Source: an uncultured Gammaproteobacteria bacterium (GTDB lineage: Bacteria; Patescibacteriota; Patescibacteriia; CAYZDG01). Taken from it: a stretch of DNA of 64,000 nt. The translations under genes were made by a program, and so were the position numbers. Location of the stretch: assembly GCA_964536515.1 (NCBI GenBank), contig CAZHXI010000004.1, positions 5,038-69,037 on the forward strand, given 5' to 3'. Positions 58,929-64,000 of this stretch are shown piece by piece. Numbering within the stretch: the first letter of the stretch is position 1; every line of letters starts with the position of its first letter. The notes beneath the pieces were generated by a model. It saw nothing but the letters and a program-made list of their open reading frames with translations. It ran no database searches and was not told where the DNA came from.

Positions 58929-59324
58929 ATGGATCTGAATAAGATCACGCTGATAGGCAACCTCACCAATGACCCGGAGGAGCGTAAGCTGCCCTCGGGC
59001 AACCTGTGCGCCACGTTCGGCGTCGCCACGAACTTGAAGTGGCACGACGCCAAGACCAAGGAGCTGCGCGAGGCGGCGGAGTTCCACCGCGTCGTGGCGT
59101 GGGGCTCGCTCGCCGAACGCGCGGCGCAGTTCCTCGAGAAGGGATCGCGCGTGTACGTAGAGGGCCGCCTGCGCCAGAGGACGTTCACCGACAAGCAGGG
59201 GCAGAAGCGGTCGAGCCAGGAGATTTCGGCATCCGAGATCATCTTCCTCAGCGGCTACCGTCGCGATTCATCTAGCCTGGCAGACGCCGAGGTTCACGAG
59301 GAGGTTCCCGAGGACGGCGAGTAG
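58929..59324 (+). CDS. ssb: Single-stranded DNA-binding protein
   Basis: LNKITLIGNLT.DPE, FHRVVAWG.LAE, KGSRVYVEGRL; lacks the DDIPF tail. Confidence 0.95.
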   Translation: MDLNKITLIGNLTNDPEERKLPSGNLCATFGVATNLKWHDAKTKELREAAEFHRVVAWGSLAERAAQFLEKGSRVYVEGRLRQRTFTDKQGQKRSSQEISASEIIFLSGYRRDSSSLADAEVHEEVPEDGE

Positions 59325-59458
59325 ACGCCGGAAGGGCCCCGCGGGGCCCGGCCCCGGTGGCGAGGGAGCGTACCGAGCTGACCCCTAGGAACGTAGCCTC
59401 ACCGCCGGAACCGGGCCCCGCCTGAGGCGGGCAACACCCGAGAGAGGAGAGTAGCTCT

Positions 59459-60040
59459 TTGGAATCTTCAAGAAGCAGGAGGAGAAAGCTGTGGCCCTGG
59501 ATCGTTGGCGTAGCGATCCTAGCGGCAGCCGTAGGCTGCTACGAGAGCCTGTCAGACCCACCCGACCCGGTCCGGAGCGGAGGTGGCTCCAGCTTGGACA
59601 CGTGGTGGAGCAGCCGCACGCAGGCTCAGCGGAACCAGGCAATCGTGGACCGTGGCCTGCAGCAGCTGGGGCAGGTAACGGGCCAGCAGTGCAAGGAGTG
59701 GGTCCGGACGGTGGTGCAGAGCGCATCGCAGGGCGACGTGCTGCTGCCGCCGAACAACGCCAACGGCTGGCAGTGGCACACCCACCCCAAGGTTCGGTTG
59801 GTGGCGCAGAACGTCTGCCCCGCCAGCCTGCAGCCGGGGCACATCGTGCAGCTGCGCCAGACCAGCGGCCTGCCGCACACGGCGATCGTGCGGACGGTTG
59901 GGTACGGCGGCATGACGTGGGTAGATGCGAACTGGGTTAACTACAACAACCCGGCGGGAACCGTGGCTTCGCACGCCATAAGCTGGGCCACGTTCTACGC
60001 TATTGCCGCTCAGTACTCCTTCTACGAAATTACCGGCTGA
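59459..60040 (+). CDS. Membrane-anchored CHAP-like cysteine peptidase/amidase
   Basis: N-terminal TM; QCKEWV (Cys), HTAIV (His), DANW; SD GAGGAG before TTG. Confidence 0.65.
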   Translation: MESSRSRRRKLWPWIVGVAILAAAVGCYESLSDPPDPVRSGGGSSLDTWWSSRTQAQRNQAIVDRGLQQLGQVTGQQCKEWVRTVVQSASQGDVLLPPNNANGWQWHTHPKVRLVAQNVCPASLQPGHIVQLRQTSGLPHTAIVRTVGYGGMTWVDANWVNYNNPAGTVASHAISWATFYAIAAQYSFYEITG

Positions 60041-60051
60041 TACAGCCGGCG

Positions 60052-60086
60052 CGGGCCCACCTACGCCGAAGGCTTCGGTGGGCCCG
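60052..60086. repeat. Intergenic palindrome (terminator or REP-like)
   Basis: CGGGCCCACC-TACGCCGAAGGCTTC-GGTGGGCCCG. Confidence 0.55.
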
Positions 60087-60103
60087 ACTAATTACATACC
60101 AAC

Positions 60104-62512
60104 ATGAAATTTAAATTTGTCGTCCCAACCATTGCTCTGCTGCTGGCGCTGCTGCCCAGCGCCGCCCGTGCCAGCGGAGAGCTGATCGTTACCGAGCTAA
60201 TGTACGATGCTCCGGGGTCCGACGTGGGCGCCGAGTGGGTTGAGCTCTACAACGCCAGCGCCGGCCCAATCACCATTGTTCCGGGCACCGGCGCCGGGTC
60301 CTGGCGCATCAACGACGGCAGCAACCACGTCATCCGCATTGCCCAGGGTGACCCCGTGGTTCCGCCGGGGAGCCTGTTCATTATCGCGGCGAGCAGCAGC
60401 GCCTTCCTGGCGGCTCACCCCAACTACGTCGGAACGCTGGCTACATCATCGCTCGCCCTACCCAACGGCGGCGGCACCGTGGGCATTACCGCTGACGGCG
60501 GAGCTACCTGGCTCGCCCAGGTTACGTACGCCAGCAGCTGGGGCGGAGCCGGCGACGGCAGCAGCCTGGAGAAGGCGACACCGGAGGGGCCGGATGACGC
60601 CGCCAACTGGCGCAGCTCGCCCCAGCCCGGCGGCACGCCCGGGCAGCTGCCGTCGCCGGAGGCGCCGAACGGTCCCCCGGTGGCTGCCTTCACCTCTGGC
60701 CTGTTCACCCAGGTGGGCGTACCCGTTCAGTTCGACGCTACAGCTTCGTCTGACCCCGACGGAGACCAGCTGACGTACAGCTGGGACTTCAGGGACGGCG
60801 CGGTGGCTTCCGGAGCCATAGCCGTGCACGCCTTTGCCCTCGCCGGGCGCTACGACGTTCTGCTCACCGTATCTGACGGGCACCTGCAGGCAACCGCGAC
60901 AGCATCTGTTGTGGTCTTCAACGAGGTGTCGGATGATCCGCAGGATCCGGTCCTCGGCACGCCGCCGGTGCCGTTGATAGACGGGCCTACGGCGGGCGTC
61001 GCCGGTGAGCTGCTGACGTACAGCGGCAGCCGTTCGTACGATGAGGATACGCCGATAGTTACATACGTATGGGATTTCGGTGATGGCGGTACCGCAACGG
61101 GCGTTACTGCGACGCACGCCTTCACCGCGTCGGGCGAGTACACGGTTACCCTCGTCGTCAGCGACGGATCAGCCACGTCATCGGCTAGTACGACCGTAGG
61201 AATAGCTGCGGGCGAGGAGGATTCGTCGCCTCCCGCCGTGGGCGGCAATCCTGGATCGGGCGCTAGCGCCGAGGGGCAGGTGGTAATCACCGAGCTGCTG
61301 CCGAATCCAGTGGGGGACGACCTGCAGGGCGAGTACATCGAGGTGCAGAACGTGGGCGCCGACCCGGTACGCCTTGGTCCGTGGACCCTGGTAGATGGCC
61401 GGGGGAGGCGCTACGCCTTCAGCGGCAATGGGTCTACCGACGTCGCCCTAGAGCCCGGCAGCTTCCTGGTCGTGCCACGCGTAGTTTCTGGAATCACCCT
61501 GGCGAACGCCAGCGGCTCGGTGCAGCTGCTGCGGTGGGACGGCGCCCCGGCTGGGGTGCCGGTAGCCTACGGCAGCTCACGCGAGGGCAAGGCGTGGTCG
61601 CTGATGCCGGACGCTACCTGGGCTTGGGCCACGCCCACGCCCGGATCCCCGAACGCTGCCCCGGCTGTCGCTACAGAGAAGGCGGCAACGGTTCGTGAGG
61701 TGCGTGATGCGGCTCCGAAGGTGAAGGGTGCCGCTACGGCAACGCTAGAGTTCATCCCGCCGCCGGTGGCCACCGAAGACATTACCGATGGCGATGGGCT
61801 CGTCGAGATGGTCGGCGTGGTTACCATGCCTCCCGGCGTCGCCGGCAAGCGGCTGCTGTACCTCGCAGACTACGATGTTCACGCTGGGGCTGCCGACGCC
61901 TCGGCCGGCATCGGCGTCTACTTCACCGCCGAGGCGCCGCCGAAGCTCGCGCTGGGCGACATTGTAACCGTGCGGGGGAAGGTGGGCGTAACCGCTGGCG
62001 AGCAGCAGCTGAAGGTGGGGCGAGACGGCAGCGTGGCGATCATAGGCAGGGCAGCCGGCGTACAGCCGGAGCCCGTAGAGGTCGGTGCGCTGAACGTAGA
62101 GGCCGTGGGGAGCGTCGTGGCCATTCAGGGTTCGGTGGCAAAGGCGAGCGGCAAGATGGTTACCCTGGACGACGGCACCGGGCAGGTGGTGGTGTGGTTC
62201 CCATCCAGCGGCGCCGTGGCCAAGCCGCCGCTCAAGCAGGGGCAGCAGCTCGCCGTGGCTGGGGTTGTTCGTCTAGCCTCAGACGGCAGCGTGCGCGTAA
62301 TGCCCCGCGACGCAGCCGAAGTCGCAGTTCAGACGGCTGGCGGTGATGCGCCTCCCGATGGAAGCGTGCCCGCTAGCTCATCTCGCACTGCCCCCAGCGG
62401 CAGCGTATTCAGGATCCTCGGTAGCGGAGGCTCACCGCTGGTGCCGATTGGTCTAGCAGCTACCGGCGTCGGCCTCGCCGGCGCCATCTGGTGGGTCCGG
62501 CGAGGATCCTAA
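60104..62512 (+). CDS. Surface protein with two lamin-tail domains, two PKD domains, OB-fold domains and a C-terminal TM anchor
   Basis: TELMY..EWVELYN and TELLPNP..EYIEV (lamin tail); SSDPDGD..WDF.DG and WDFGDG (PKD); LDDGTG (OB); TM followed by RR. Confidence 0.85.
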   Translation: MKFKFVVPTIALLLALLPSAARASGELIVTELMYDAPGSDVGAEWVELYNASAGPITIVPGTGAGSWRINDGSNHVIRIAQGDPVVPPGSLFIIAASSSAFLAAHPNYVGTLATSSLALPNGGGTVGITADGGATWLAQVTYASSWGGAGDGSSLEKATPEGPDDAANWRSSPQPGGTPGQLPSPEAPNGPPVAAFTSGLFTQVGVPVQFDATASSDPDGDQLTYSWDFRDGAVASGAIAVHAFALAGRYDVLLTVSDGHLQATATASVVVFNEVSDDPQDPVLGTPPVPLIDGPTAGVAGELLTYSGSRSYDEDTPIVTYVWDFGDGGTATGVTATHAFTASGEYTVTLVVSDGSATSSASTTVGIAAGEEDSSPPAVGGNPGSGASAEGQVVITELLPNPVGDDLQGEYIEVQNVGADPVRLGPWTLVDGRGRRYAFSGNGSTDVALEPGSFLVVPRVVSGITLANASGSVQLLRWDGAPAGVPVAYGSSREGKAWSLMPDATWAWATPTPGSPNAAPAVATEKAATVREVRDAAPKVKGAATATLEFIPPPVATEDITDGDGLVEMVGVVTMPPGVAGKRLLYLADYDVHAGAADASAGIGVYFTAEAPPKLALGDIVTVRGKVGVTAGEQQLKVGRDGSVAIIGRAAGVQPEPVEVGALNVEAVGSVVAIQGSVAKASGKMVTLDDGTGQVVVWFPSSGAVAKPPLKQGQQLAVAGVVRLASDGSVRVMPRDAAEVAVQTAGGDAPPDGSVPASSSRTAPSGSVFRILGSGGSPLVPIGLAATGVGLAGAIWWVRRGS

Positions 62513-62639
62513 GTATCGCGACGCTTCGGATTCATTCCGAGCGTCGCGATTCAATGGAGGGGAGAGGCAGTCCGCTGCGGCGGACGTCGGAGAGGGGAAC
62601 CCGAATTGCGCGAAGCGCGAGGGTTCCCCTCTCCGAATA

Positions 62640-62760
62640 TAAATAAACCACCCCCCGGAACTCACCGAGGTGGGTAACGGAGGGTAGTTAGGAGAGTAAT
62701 ACTCTACCGCTGGATCTCACCGTCGGCGAGATAAAATCAGCAGCGGAGTATCGCTCCCTA
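62640..62760 (-). ncRNA. Candidate structured small RNA
   Basis: Two long hairpins ending in TTTATTT, downstream of TTGACG-16 nt-TAAAAT on the minus strand; no credible ORF. Confidence 0.4.
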
Positions 62761-62877
62761 TTTTAGTACCATGAATTCGGCCGTCAAGGCCACCAGCTGT
62801 GATACCCGGTTACCAATTGAGGTGATTAAGAGATTTTGAGATTCACCTGATACTCGCTACCAAATTAGGACCAGACA

Positions 62878-62906
62878 TTGACAAAATTGTAGTAAGGGTC
62901 TATATA
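62878..62906 (+). promoter_or_regulatory. Putative sigma70 promoter
   Basis: TTGACA-17 nt-TATATA. Confidence 0.6.
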
Positions 62907-62971
62907 GCAAAATTGCTGACTAGTGGTTCGCTGCACGTTCGAAATTCAAAATTATAGAAAGGGAAGTCAAG

Positions 62972-63388
62972 GTGCTTACAGGGAAAAGGAAGAAGAAAAA
63001 GAGGGTGACCAAAACCTCTCTCGCAAGAGACAACAAGGCTCTACTGATAAGGTGTAGAGATTTAGAGGAAGAGCGTAGGCGCTTGGAGTGGGAACTAGGC
63101 CTATCAAGGAAGGTACTAAGGAACGTGGCCCCGCTCGTCGTACCCCTCGCGCTCCTTGATAAACCAGTTGCTGAGTTTTTTGACTCCTACTTCATTAATC
63201 GAAGACTTGACGAGGCCAAGATTAGAACTGTTGGGCAACTAGTTCGGCTACCGGAGCGTGAACTACTACGCAAGCGGGATCTTGGATGGAGAACTTTGCG
63301 TGCAATTTATGATGGCTTAGCGGATTGGGGGCTGTCGTTCGGTATGGATGACGAAGCTATCAGCAACTGGAAGCAAACCCTGCAGTAG
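62972..63388 (+). CDS. Stand-alone RNA polymerase alpha-CTD domain protein with N-terminal coiled coil
   Basis: LDKPV.E..L..A.IRTVGQLV...E.ELL...DLG..TL..I...L...GLSFGM resembles the RpoA C-terminal domain. Confidence 0.75.
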   Translation: MLTGKRKKKKRVTKTSLARDNKALLIRCRDLEEERRRLEWELGLSRKVLRNVAPLVVPLALLDKPVAEFFDSYFINRRLDEAKIRTVGQLVRLPERELLRKRDLGWRTLRAIYDGLADWGLSFGMDDEAISNWKQTLQ

Positions 63389-63406
63389 CACCTTTTCGTA
63401 CCCCCT

Positions 63407-63439
63407 CAAGGCCTAACGGAAATCCGTTGGGCCTTTTGA
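63407..63439 (+). terminator. Intrinsic terminator
   Basis: AAGGCCTAACGGA-AA-TCCGTTGGGCCTT-TT. Confidence 0.8.
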
Positions 63440-63491
63440 TTCTGGTATCGCTATGCGTAGCTCGTGGCCAGACTTAAAGTGGAGTGAAGAA

Positions 63492-63512
63492 TGGTGCCGT
63501 GGGAGAGACTCG
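63492..63512 (-). other. tRNA (Leu-like) 3'-end fragment, possible att site
   Basis: Reverse complement CGAGTCTCTCCCACGGCACCA gives T-loop half, T-stem, acceptor strand and CCA; no 5' half adjacent. Confidence 0.55.
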
Positions 63513-63582
63513 CCCGCCTCAGCCGGGGTTGACCGGGCGTCGGCCGCAGCATAGGGTACCCCGGTACAATGGAGGAAAGTCA

Positions 63583-64000
63583 ATGGAAAGACGCATCGAA
63601 AAAACGCTCCTTGATGCTACGCTCTGCTTTCTGGTTGACGCCGGAAAGGTGCTGCTGGCAGTGAAGGGTAGCAAAATCGGCGCCGGGTGCTGGAATGGGT
63701 ACGGCGGCGGCGTCGAGCTGGGCGAGACGCCCGAGCAGGCGGCGGTACGGGAGCTAGCAGAAGAGTCTGGCGGCGTCGTGGTAGCCCCCGAAGACCTCGA
63801 CAAGGTCGCGGTTCTGGATATGGAGAACCGTAGGTCTGACGGAGGAGTATTCAGGTGCCGCGTGCACGTCTACCTCGTCCACCGTTGGTCCGGTGCTGCG
63901 GCGGAGACGGAGGAAATGAAGACGCCGAGGTGGTTTGGATTCGACCAGATCCAGGGGCTGCGGCTTATGCCAGCGGATAGGGTATGGCTGCCGCTGGTTC
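63583..64000 (+). CDS. Nudix hydrolase, MutT/MTH1-like (3'-truncated; absent from the ORF track)
   Basis: MERRIEK..TLCFLV..WNGYGGGVELGETPEQAAVRELAEESG Nudix box; SD GGAGG. Confidence 0.88.
   Translation, partial: MERRIEKTLLDATLCFLVDAGKVLLAVKGSKIGAGCWNGYGGGVELGETPEQAAVRELAEESGGVVVAPEDLDKVAVLDMENRRSDGGVFRCRVHVYLVHRWSGAAAETEEMKTPRWFGFDQIQGLRLMPADRVWLPLV

Noticed and set aside
59341-59421. SRP (4.5S) RNA
   Set aside because: Lacks the conserved CAGG...GNRA...AGCAG domain IV; kept only as an unknown hairpin.
63571-63581. GAGGAAAGTC resembling the RNase P RNA P4 motif
   Set aside because: It is the SD region of the Nudix gene, and the remaining RNase P elements are absent.

Overview
High-GC bacterial chromosome segment around the replication origin, most likely from a Patescibacteria (CPR; Parcubacteria/ABY1-like) genome read with the standard code. 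The assignment rests on gene content: VirB2/TrbC-like pilins next to a solute-binding protein, split transketolase, thyX, short YidC and CPR-style secreted repeat proteins. Core content: partial ftsK, rodZ-like gene, recA, flippase, O-antigen ligase, galU, yebC-ruvC, tyrS, class A PBP, dnaN-dnaA/rpmH-rnpA-yidD-yidC with an oriC showing DnaA boxes and DnaA-trios, a pentose-phosphate/glycolysis cluster, trxA, gdhA, nusA, hppA, tig, nfo, tsaC, ssb, a partial Nudix gene and six tRNAs. Notable accessory signals: (1) two secreted proteins with diderm-type C-terminal sorting tails, the second an M6-like metalloprotease split by one in-frame TGA; (2) GTAG-type REP palindromes that often contain the upstream gene's TAG stop; (3) self-contained ORFan cassettes with their own promoter and Shine-Dalgarno site, whereas core genes mostly start at an SD-less TATG; (4) a 2TM plus Cas2-like gene pair behind tRNA-Ser; (5) a 1468-aa FN3/heparinase-like protein; (6) a candidate structured sRNA divergent from a stand-alone RNAP alpha-CTD gene, with a tRNA 3' fragment nearby. 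No CRISPR array, rRNA, integrase or transposase was seen. All calls come from motif recognition by eye; no database searches were run.
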